Below, in pieces: positions 8,651 to 16,618 of a stretch of DNA of 64,000 nt. The stretch comes from Myxococcota bacterium (lineage in GTDB: Bacteria > Myxococcota_A > UBA796 > CAJQPC01), in assembly GCA_036012755.1 (NCBI GenBank), contig DASCPX010000037.1, positions 1 through 64,000 on the forward strand. The letters run 5' to 3'. Each line of letters opens with the position of its first letter. The first letter of the stretch is position 1. The notes beneath the pieces were generated by a model, which saw nothing but the letters and a program-made list of their open reading frames with translations, did no database searches and was not told the DNA's origin. Both the position numbers and the translations under genes were made by a program.

Positions 8651-11600
8651 CTAGAGGTTCTCTTCGAAGCTGGCGGTGGTCGTCGATGCCGAGGTGTATG
8701 TGGGCTCCAGCACCGTCTCCTCGAGACCCGGGAAGTCGTCGGGACGGAGCTCGCCGAGGCGTCGCGTGGCGAAGGCCAGCTGGTCGTTGTAGAGGTTGAG
8801 GTCGTAGGACTTGTCCAGCGCGGCCTGGTAGGCGGCGACGGCCTTTTCTGTCTGTGGGAAGACCTTGTCCTCGAGGTTCATCCTGTAGAACTCGATCTGG
8901 TCCTCTGTCAGGTAGGACGGGATGTGTGAGTTCTCCAGGCTCTCGCCCATGTTCTCGTAGGCTCGCCCGAGCTGCACCAGCGATGCCAGGCCCCACTCGC
9001 CGGCTCCGGTGTTGATGATCTCGGAGTAGGTGGCCTCGACCTCCTGGAGGGACTTGGCCTTGGCGACCAGGTTGTCGCCGAGGACCTTGTCCTCCTTCTT
9101 GCGGCTGACCTTGCCCGTCGGGCCGTCGATGCCCCGGGTCACGTAGGCGTCGTAGGTGTCCTGGGCCTGCTTGAACATGATCTCGGCGGCGAACTCGACG
9201 CCGAGGGTCATCTCTGCGCCCTCTTCCTTGGCCGTGACGAACCACTCGACGGTCTCGACGTAGTGCTTCTCGGCCTTCGAGCGCTGCCCGATCTCCTCCA
9301 GGCACAGGCCGTAGTGGAGCCGCGCGAACATGAGCTGGTCGGCGGTCACACCCTCCGGGTCCTTCTTGTTGAAGAAGGTCAGGTACACCTTCGCTGCCTG
9401 GTCGTACTTCTTGTTCTCCTCGTAGATCTTCGCGACCTCGAGGGTGATGTCCTGGATGTTGTCCTTGTCCGGGTAGGCGGCCATGTAGAGCTTGTAGTTC
9501 TTGATGGCGGCTTCCCAATCACCCATCGCCTTGCGGAACAGGGCGGCGGAGAAGATCGAGTCCGCAGCGTTGACGTGCTCCTTGTCGAGGCTGAAGAGCT
9601 TCTCGTACCAGCCGGCGGCCTCCTGGAAGTTGGCCATCGACTCGTAGTCGTAGGCCAGCGAGGCGACCTGGTCGTTGAAGAACTTGGACTTGGGGAAGTT
9701 CTCGATGAGCACGATGCGGTTCTGCATCGCCTTGCCGCGCTGGTCGGTGTTGTGGAAGTAGACCGTCGCGTTGTTCAGCGCGAGGTCCGCGACATCCGAG
9801 GAGGGGAACTCCGCGTAGAACGCGACGTACTGGTCAGCGGCCCAGCCCTCGTCCTTCTTCTCTGCGAAGGTGACCTCGATGAGCTTGAAGGAGGCCCGCT
9901 CGTAGATGCTGTAGACCTCCTTCTTGAAGGCCTTGTTGCCCAGGCTGTCCTGGTCGTAGAAGGCCTTGGAGACCTCCTTGAGGTTCTGCCAGTCCTCGAC
10001 GAGGGTGAAGGAGTCGAGGATCAGGTTCGCCGCCAGCATCGCCTCCTTCGAGCCCGGGTCCATGCCGATGACGACGCGGAAGCGGTCCGAGGCCTCCTTG
10101 AACTGGTTCTTGTTGTAGAGGAGGTAGGCCGACTTGTAGATGATGTTCTTGGTCTTCTTGCTGTCCGGGAAGAGCTTGGAGTACTGGTCGAGCGCGTCGA
10201 GCTCCTTGCGTTCCCACTCGGACATCTGGATGGGGTCGGTCTTGTTGCCCTTGCCCGCCGTCAGGATCTTGCCTTCCTTCTTCTCCCTCTTGACCATCTC
10301 CTCGGCGGCGAAGATCGCCGACTCGGCGCAGAACTCCGAGTGCTTGCCCTTGAGATCGAGGCTCACGACCTTCATGTACTGGACGTAGGCCTCGTCGTAC
10401 CTCTTGATCTTGTAGAGCAGCTCTCCGAAGGCGTAGCGCATCTCGTAGCTGTGCTTGGAGTCCGGGAACTCCTGGAGGTAGACGCTGTAGGCCTTGTACG
10501 CGAGCGCGTAGGTCTCCTTGGCTGACTTGCCGGTGCCGAGCTTCTTGGCCTCTGTGTGGTAGTTGATGGCCACCGTCCGGAGGTTGCGCTCGATGTAGTT
10601 CTGGGCGTCCTGGACCGCGTCCTGGTCGGAGGCGTTGGTCCGGGCCCAGGCGCTGTTCTTTCCGTAGGTCTTCAGCAGGCGGTCGATCTCGGTGAGGGTC
10701 TCCTTCTTGCGGCCGATCTTCGTGTAGGCCTGGATGATCTCGTTCTGGTACTCGGGGGCGTCCGGGCTGTTGGGGTCCTCTGCGATGAGGCGCCGGTAGG
10801 TCTGGATGCACTGCTCGAACTTGCCCTGCTCGAAGTAGGTCGAGGCGAGTCGCTTGAGCATGGCCCGGATGAGGTCCTTCTTGCCTAGCTTGTTGAAGTA
10901 GGCGTAGGCCTCGTCCATCTCGCCGGCGTCGGCGAAGAAGCGGACGAGGTCCTTGAGCGCCTCGTCCTGGAGCTGGATGTGGCCCTTCTTGCTCGCTCCC
11001 TGCTGCTGGGCGGCCATGGAGTAGGCGACGACCGACTTCATCGTGTCGATGGCCTTTCCGTATTCCCCGACGTTGTAGTAGCACCAAGCCAGCTTGTAGA
11101 GCGCGAAGCTGTACTTGGGGCTGTCGCGGTAGGCGGAGGCCTTCTGGTAGGCCAACAGGGCCTTGTAGGCGTTGTTGTTGTCGAAGTAGTACTCGCCGAT
11201 CTGGACGTAGGCGTCCGCGACGTAGCCGCTCTCCGGGTAGGTCTTCACCAGGCGGGTGAACTCCTTGAGGGCATCCTTGCGCTGGCCCGTGTCCTGCAAC
11301 GCGGAGGCCAGGTAGAAGGTGGCTTCGTCGGCCCGAGCGAAGGTCGGGTAGTTCTGGAGGATCTGGCGGTAGAGCTTGATGCTCTTGTCCTGCCACTTCT
11401 TCGACTCGACGTTGTCCGGCGACATCGTCTTGCTGTCGCACTTCGGGTCGTTGAAGCAGGCGTCGAACTTCTTCTCGTAGGCCTGCATCTCCGAGAGGTA
11501 GTGGTCGCGGCCTTCCTGGAAGTAGAGGTCCGCGAGGCGGAGCATCATCTCGGCCTTCTGCTCCCCTTGCATGGTGCCGCGGGACAGCAGCTCCTTGGCG

Positions 11601-11806
11601 AAGTCCATCTCCTCGTGGCGCTTCTGGCGCGCCATCTGGCGGTACTCCTCCGAGAGGTTGGCGAGATCGTCGACGTCGTCGGCCTTGAGGACCCGTCGCT
11701 CTTCCTTCTGCTCCCGGTCCTGGGCGTAGGCGTCGCCAGAGAACAGAGCGCCCGCCGAAAAAGCGAGGGCGAGGGGAACGGCCAGGATGCGGAGGCTGCT
11801 GGTCAT
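8651..11806 (-). CDS. gltD: Large TPR protein GltD/AgmU
   Basis: Signal peptide, ~1050 aa of TPRs (YKLAWCYYN, EALKDLVRFF, AANLILDS); synteny. Confidence 0.88.
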   Translation of the reverse strand: MTSSLRILAVPLALAFSAGALFSGDAYAQDREQKEERRVLKADDVDDLANLSEEYRQMARQKRHEEMDFAKELLSRGTMQGEQKAEMMLRLADLYFQEGRDHYLSEMQAYEKKFDACFNDPKCDSKTMSPDNVESKKWQDKSIKLYRQILQNYPTFARADEATFYLASALQDTGQRKDALKEFTRLVKTYPESGYVADAYVQIGEYYFDNNNAYKALLAYQKASAYRDSPKYSFALYKLAWCYYNVGEYGKAIDTMKSVVAYSMAAQQQGASKKGHIQLQDEALKDLVRFFADAGEMDEAYAYFNKLGKKDLIRAMLKRLASTYFEQGKFEQCIQTYRRLIAEDPNSPDAPEYQNEIIQAYTKIGRKKETLTEIDRLLKTYGKNSAWARTNASDQDAVQDAQNYIERNLRTVAINYHTEAKKLGTGKSAKETYALAYKAYSVYLQEFPDSKHSYEMRYAFGELLYKIKRYDEAYVQYMKVVSLDLKGKHSEFCAESAIFAAEEMVKREKKEGKILTAGKGNKTDPIQMSEWERKELDALDQYSKLFPDSKKTKNIIYKSAYLLYNKNQFKEASDRFRVVIGMDPGSKEAMLAANLILDSFTLVEDWQNLKEVSKAFYDQDSLGNKAFKKEVYSIYERASFKLIEVTFAEKKDEGWAADQYVAFYAEFPSSDVADLALNNATVYFHNTDQRGKAMQNRIVLIENFPKSKFFNDQVASLAYDYESMANFQEAAGWYEKLFSLDKEHVNAADSIFSAALFRKAMGDWEAAIKNYKLYMAAYPDKDNIQDITLEVAKIYEENKKYDQAAKVYLTFFNKKDPEGVTADQLMFARLHYGLCLEEIGQRSKAEKHYVETVEWFVTAKEEGAEMTLGVEFAAEIMFKQAQDTYDAYVTRGIDGPTGKVSRKKEDKVLGDNLVAKAKSLQEVEATYSEIINTGAGEWGLASLVQLGRAYENMGESLENSHIPSYLTEDQIEFYRMNLEDKVFPQTEKAVAAYQAALDKSYDLNLYNDQLAFATRRLGELRPDDFPGLEETVLEPTYTSASTTTASFEENL

Positions 11807-11890
11807 CGTTGTCCTTCCGTCAGCAAAGGCCGCACGCGTGTGCGTGGGGCCTTCGTGAAGTGGTCCCGGTTGGTGCTGCCCGGGAGGTTC

Positions 11891-11955
11891 GTCCCCCTCA
11901 GGGGGGGCCGAGGGGGGTGAAGCCGTCCCCCCTCAGGGGGGACCGAGGGGGGTGA
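11891..11955. repeat. Two tandem ~30-bp GC-rich palindromic units between gltC and gltD
   Basis: GTCCCCCTCAGGGGGGGCCGAGGGGGGTGA then GTCCCCCCTCAGGGGGGACCGAGGGGGGTGA, separated by AGCC. Confidence 0.8.
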
Positions 11956-11968
11956 GAAAAAGAGCGTG

Positions 11969-13843
11969 TCAGTTGCAGGAGCCCTGCTCGGTATAGATGT
12001 AGTAACCGAGTTCGTCTTCCCAGAATTCCCCGTTGAAGGGCCAGTAGATGAAGTCCACCGATGTCGCGAAGTCGATCAGGGACTCGCTCTGGGTGTCGAC
12101 GAGATCCAGGTTGGTCATCTTGTAGTCGTAGTCCACCCGCTGCGCCGAGATGACCTCGAAGCGGATGATCTCGGACTGGGTGAGCAGGTCACCGAGGTAG
12201 TTCGCCATGCGCGCCATCTCGGAGAGCAGGACCAGTCCGGCCCGCTTCTTGTAGCGGCGGCGGTCGTTCTCCAGGATGCGCTTGAGGTGGGTGCCGACCG
12301 TGTCCCTCCAGAGCGACTTCTGAGCCTCGATGTTGCGCTCTTCCTCGTCCATCATGTGGAGGTGCCGGACGAGGGAGTAGAGGTCCTGGTTCTGCAGGAA
12401 CTTCTTGAACATCGACTTCGGGAGCACGGTCTCGCGACGCACGCCTTCGAAGTAGGCCTCGTAGGCCTGGTCGGCGAGCTGCTTGCCCTCGCTGGTGGAG
12501 TACTGCTTGACGAAGTCCTTCAGCTCCTGGTGCATCGGGCGGACCGCCGCCTCGAAGGCCAGCAACTCGCGCTCCACCTGGCCGTATTCGCAGAGGTTGA
12601 AGAAGGTCAGGGCCCGGAGGATGGTGGCCTCTGGGATGAACTCGTCCTCGTTGAAGAAGGGCGAGCGCACGGTCAGGACCTGGCCGAGGGTCCGGTTCAG
12701 CTGGTTCTGCATGAAGGAGGACCAGGCCGACTCGAAGAGCGCCTCGGCCCAGTAGTCGGAGTCCCGAGGGATGAGCTCGTAGTACTTGCTGGCCTCGTCG
12801 AAGCGCTGGATGGAGTAGTAGATGCGCGCGACGTTCAGGAGTGACAGGTCGGCGAGGTGCCCGACCTCCTCCAGCTCCCGGGTGCTGTAGATGTCGACGC
12901 TGTCGGAGTCCCGGTAGACGTCGCGGAAGGACTTCACGGCGCTCTTGAGCCGCCCCTGGCGGTTGTAGATGACACCCTCGAAGTACTTGGACTTCAGGTA
13001 GACATCCGACTTCGTGGAGATCTGGCCGAAGTAGCGGCGTGCCTCCGAGAGCTCGTCCTTGTCATAGAGGCGCACGCCCATCAGGTAGTAGAGGTAGTTC
13101 TTGGCCTGGCGGGGGTACTGCTCGGGCGGGATCTTCGGGACCACCCGCATCAGCTCGCTGTCGTCTCCGGTGTAGCGGGCGATCTGGACGACCTTCGGCA
13201 GGGCGTGCTTGAAGTAGGGGTTCGCCGGCCCCTTCTTCACGACCTGCATGAAGTAGTACTGCGAGGAGTGGTACATGTTCAGGTCGAACAAGGCGCGCGC
13301 GAGGTAGTAGTGCATGCGCGCTTCCTGGTCGGGGCAGGTGCCCTCCTCGAGCAGGTCGAAGAGCATCTTGCTGGCGCCCAGGGGCTTGTTGGCCTTGAAG
13401 GCCTGCACCGCGTCGTCGACCATGCGACCGCACTGGGTCGTGTCTCGGGACTCGCCCTCCTCCGGGAGCTCGTCGTAGCCACCGCGACGCTTCTTGGAGC
13501 TGCGTTCGTCGATGCGCTCCGTGTCGTCGTAGGTGTCCTTCGGGCGCTGCTTCTGGACCTCGAGATCCTCTCGGGTGTCGGTCGACTCGGGCTTCGCCGC
13601 GGCCGCGGACATCTTCTTCGCTGTCTTTACGACGTCCTCTGGCGCGCCCTCGTTGATCAGGCAGCGGATCTCCTCGTTGGTGAACTGCTCGCCCGAGTCG
13701 TCCATCGTCTGGACGACGATGGACGTGGGTACGTTGACGTTCACCATGTTCATGATCTCGTCGCAGCCAAGCGCCCAGGCGTCGCTGCTGGAGAACAAGG
13801 CGGCTCCGAGAGCCAGGGCACCGAAGAGTCTGCTGGTCTTCAT
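11969..13843 (-). CDS. gltC: Gliding motility TPR protein GltC
   Basis: Signal peptide, TPRs, C-terminal YWPFNGEFWEDELGYY signature. Confidence 0.9.
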   Translation of the reverse strand: MKTSRLFGALALGAALFSSSDAWALGCDEIMNMVNVNVPTSIVVQTMDDSGEQFTNEEIRCLINEGAPEDVVKTAKKMSAAAAKPESTDTREDLEVQKQRPKDTYDDTERIDERSSKKRRGGYDELPEEGESRDTTQCGRMVDDAVQAFKANKPLGASKMLFDLLEEGTCPDQEARMHYYLARALFDLNMYHSSQYYFMQVVKKGPANPYFKHALPKVVQIARYTGDDSELMRVVPKIPPEQYPRQAKNYLYYLMGVRLYDKDELSEARRYFGQISTKSDVYLKSKYFEGVIYNRQGRLKSAVKSFRDVYRDSDSVDIYSTRELEEVGHLADLSLLNVARIYYSIQRFDEASKYYELIPRDSDYWAEALFESAWSSFMQNQLNRTLGQVLTVRSPFFNEDEFIPEATILRALTFFNLCEYGQVERELLAFEAAVRPMHQELKDFVKQYSTSEGKQLADQAYEAYFEGVRRETVLPKSMFKKFLQNQDLYSLVRHLHMMDEEERNIEAQKSLWRDTVGTHLKRILENDRRRYKKRAGLVLLSEMARMANYLGDLLTQSEIIRFEVISAQRVDYDYKMTNLDLVDTQSESLIDFATSVDFIYWPFNGEFWEDELGYYIYTEQGSCN

Positions 13844-13849
13844 GGTCGC

Positions 13850-14746
13850 CTACTGCATTCCGGGGAAGAAGAAGCTCACGCCGCCGGAGAGGATGAAGTT
13901 GTTCTTCATCTCCAGCGTCGTCGAGTTGACCGTCTCGATGTAGACGAGCGAGCGCCCATCGACCCGAACGGCCACGAACTCGTTGAACACCACCCGGGCA
14001 CCACCACCGAAGTTGGTGGTCGGGTGGATCTGCACCTCGGTCTCGAGGGCGATCGGGTCGTCCTCTGCCTGGAGTGCGTTCAAGTCGTCGTTCGTGCGGG
14101 TGATGCCCATGCCGAAGGCGCCATAGACATCGAAGTTGATGATGTTGTTCCCGCGAAGGGCGACCTTGCCGTAGATAGGCGAGAACTGGAAGGTCATGTT
14201 CGAGATCAGCATGAGCTTGCTGATGTCGGGGGAGACGTGGTTCTCGTCGACGAGCTGCTTGGTCAGCGGCTTCCAGTCAGCCTCTCCGAGGTCCGGGCTG
14301 TAGGCGATCTCGGCCTCGATCGCGAAGATCTCGGTGACGTGGTAGCCGAGGCGGCCGCCCGCGATGTAGCGGTTGAGGAAGGGATCGTTGGTCACGAAGG
14401 CGACCATCGGCATGCCTTCGAAGCGGCCCAGCTTCAGGAAGTTCTTGCGCTGGAGGGTCTTGATGACCCGGCGCTGCTGCCTGTACCGCTCCTCGAGGAT
14501 CTGCTCGTCCTTGACGCCGACGCGGTCGTCGATGTCGCCGGAGCGCAGATCTTCCTGCTCGGATTTGACGCTCTCCTCTTCGTCGCCGCCGAGGATGTCG
14601 TCGAGATCGTCGTCGTCGTCCTCGACAAGGCCGTCGAGGAGCGCGCTGTCGTCGAAGTCGTCCTGGGCGAGGGCGTCGCCGCCGAAGGCGCCACCCGAAA
14701 AGAGGGCAGCCACGGTCGCGATGATGCGCATGCTCGGTCTCCGCAT
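13850..14746 (-). CDS. gltA: Gliding outer-membrane beta-barrel protein GltA
   Basis: LQRKNFLKLGRFE, NDPF, SPIYGK motifs; A/B label assigned from the gltB-gltA-gltC order. Confidence 0.75.
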   Translation of the reverse strand: MRRPSMRIIATVAALFSGGAFGGDALAQDDFDDSALLDGLVEDDDDDLDDILGGDEEESVKSEQEDLRSGDIDDRVGVKDEQILEERYRQQRRVIKTLQRKNFLKLGRFEGMPMVAFVTNDPFLNRYIAGGRLGYHVTEIFAIEAEIAYSPDLGEADWKPLTKQLVDENHVSPDISKLMLISNMTFQFSPIYGKVALRGNNIINFDVYGAFGMGITRTNDDLNALQAEDDPIALETEVQIHPTTNFGGGARVVFNEFVAVRVDGRSLVYIETVNSTTLEMKNNFILSGGVSFFFPGMQ

Positions 14747-15586
14747 CTAGAAGTCCGACATCCGCGCGGGCATCTTCGGGAAGTACATGGAGATTCCAGC
14801 GGTTGCGATGAAGATGTTGTAAAGGCGGCCGTCGCTCTCTGGCAGGTCCGGGTCGTACTGGGGCTTGAGGTCCCAGTAGATGTAGGAGCGCGCGTCGAGC
14901 TTGATGGCCAGCGTCTGCGTGAGGAAGAAGTCGGCGCCCAGGGCCAGGTTGACCGGGACCCGAGGCTTGAGCTGCTGTCTCTCGAGCGTGACGGGGGGGT
15001 CCACGTTGCTGGCCGCCTTCTCGTTGTCGTAGACGGCGTAGTACTTCTGGATGCCGAGGTAGCCGATGCCGAAGCTGCCGTAGATGTCGAAGTTCAGCAC
15101 CGTCTCGCCGACCAGGTTGATCTTGCCGTAGACCGGGATCCAGTTGGCCGAGAAGGTGGCCCCGAAGACCATCTTGTCCAGCGGCTGCTGAAACTCGACG
15201 TTCGCCTCGCCGTTGTGGGCGATCGTGACCAGCGTGTTCGTCAGGCCCTTGAGATCGTTGCTGCCGAGATCAGGGGCGTAGAAGAACTGCCCGCCGACCG
15301 CGAGGGTCTCGCTCAGGTGGTAGGCCATCAGGATGCCGCCGAGGCGTCGCTTGACCATCGGGTTGTTCGGGACCGCTCCGATGACGGGCGCGATCTCGAA
15401 GCGGCTGGACTTCAAGAAGAAGCGGTTCTGGACGACGTCCTTGGTGTGGACCTCGCCCTGAACCTCCTTCAGGGCGTCCTCGGCGGGATTTGCGTGAGCG
15501 GCCTCGGAGGCAAAGATGCCTGCGACGAGGGCCGTCCCGAGGACCCCGGCTCCAACGCTGCGAGCCAGGGTGCGCATGTGATTCAT
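14747..15586 (-). CDS. gltB: Gliding outer-membrane beta-barrel protein GltB
   Basis: VVQNRFFLKSSRFEIAP, WIPVYGKINL; paralog of neighbour; start 15586 with GGAGA RBS. Confidence 0.75.
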   Translation of the reverse strand: MNHMRTLARSVGAGVLGTALVAGIFASEAAHANPAEDALKEVQGEVHTKDVVQNRFFLKSSRFEIAPVIGAVPNNPMVKRRLGGILMAYHLSETLAVGGQFFYAPDLGSNDLKGLTNTLVTIAHNGEANVEFQQPLDKMVFGATFSANWIPVYGKINLVGETVLNFDIYGSFGIGYLGIQKYYAVYDNEKAASNVDPPVTLERQQLKPRVPVNLALGADFFLTQTLAIKLDARSYIYWDLKPQYDPDLPESDGRLYNIFIATAGISMYFPKMPARMSDF

Positions 15587-15790
15587 CAGGGACTTCTCCA
15601 GCGTTTCGAGCATGCACTTCGGGCAAGGGGGCACCCGAGAGCCGAGGGAAGATAGCACGCACTTCCTACTCGGGCTCAGACCGCCTGTCATGCACTTGTC
15701 AAGCGCTTTTGCGGGCCTCTCGGCGCACTGCGACATGGGGTTCTCGGGCGGCACCGCCCCCCTCTGTGTCGCGGCCCCCGGAACCCTTCG

Positions 15791-16618
15791 CTATCGGAAG
15801 CTGAGATTCAGCTCCAACCAGCCCATTCCCCCCCGACGATCGCGAACGACGATCCAAAGGGTACCGGTCTCGGAGGCCGGATCTTCGGGCGCGGTGTACT
15901 CGAAGTTCAGGTGCGGGTGGAGCTTCCAGAACTGGTCGAAGGTGCCCACTGTGGCGTAGAGGCTGATGTAGGGCTCCTCGACGCGCTCCTCGTCCTCGCC
16001 GTCGGAGTTCCGGAAGGTGTAGGCCTGGACCGCGTCGTCCGCGAGCACGGCCTCGAGCTCGTAGGTCTGCCCCGGGCTCAGCACCAGGGTGTCGTTCTTC
16101 TCCAGCACGATCCCGGCCTCGCCCAGGACGTGCTCGATGGCCGGGTTGTCGTTCGGCGTGGGGGCCAGGCTGACCGGGACCCGCTTGTAGCCGGACTCCC
16201 CCAGGGTCGCGAGCTCCGCGCCCTCGACCTCGCCCGCGGCGATGGCCTCGAGGTCGACCCCGTTGGGCACCGCCTGGATCTGCACGAGGTAGTTCATGCC
16301 CTCGAGCCTCTCCTCTTCGGAGAGGCCATCGAGGAGATCGGCCGGCACGTCGAAGGTCGGGATCCCGCCCCCGGGGGCGACGACTCCGATCAGCTGGGGC
16401 TCGTCACAGCCGAAGTCGCTGCTGTCCTCGAGCAGGCAGCCGAACCAGATCAGCGACTGGATGCCGACGTCGGGATCCACCGCCAGGGCGCGCAGCCGGA
16501 CGGTGTCTCCGGGCTGGGCTTCCGCGGGGGTCGCCCGGACCGCGAGGATCCGGGTCCGGTCGACGGTCGAGGGCTGTGAGAGGTCGTTGAGCACACAGGC
16601 GAGCATCAGAGGCAGCAT
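15791..16618 (-). CDS. Lipoprotein associated with the TonB-dependent receptor
   Basis: MLPLMLAC start overlapping the receptor stop (TGATG); RILAVRATPAE N-terminus and WIVVRDRRGG C-terminus. Confidence 0.75.
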   Translation of the reverse strand: MLPLMLACVLNDLSQPSTVDRTRILAVRATPAEAQPGDTVRLRALAVDPDVGIQSLIWFGCLLEDSSDFGCDEPQLIGVVAPGGGIPTFDVPADLLDGLSEEERLEGMNYLVQIQAVPNGVDLEAIAAGEVEGAELATLGESGYKRVPVSLAPTPNDNPAIEHVLGEAGIVLEKNDTLVLSPGQTYELEAVLADDAVQAYTFRNSDGEDEERVEEPYISLYATVGTFDQFWKLHPHLNFEYTAPEDPASETGTLWIVVRDRRGGMGWLELNLSFR

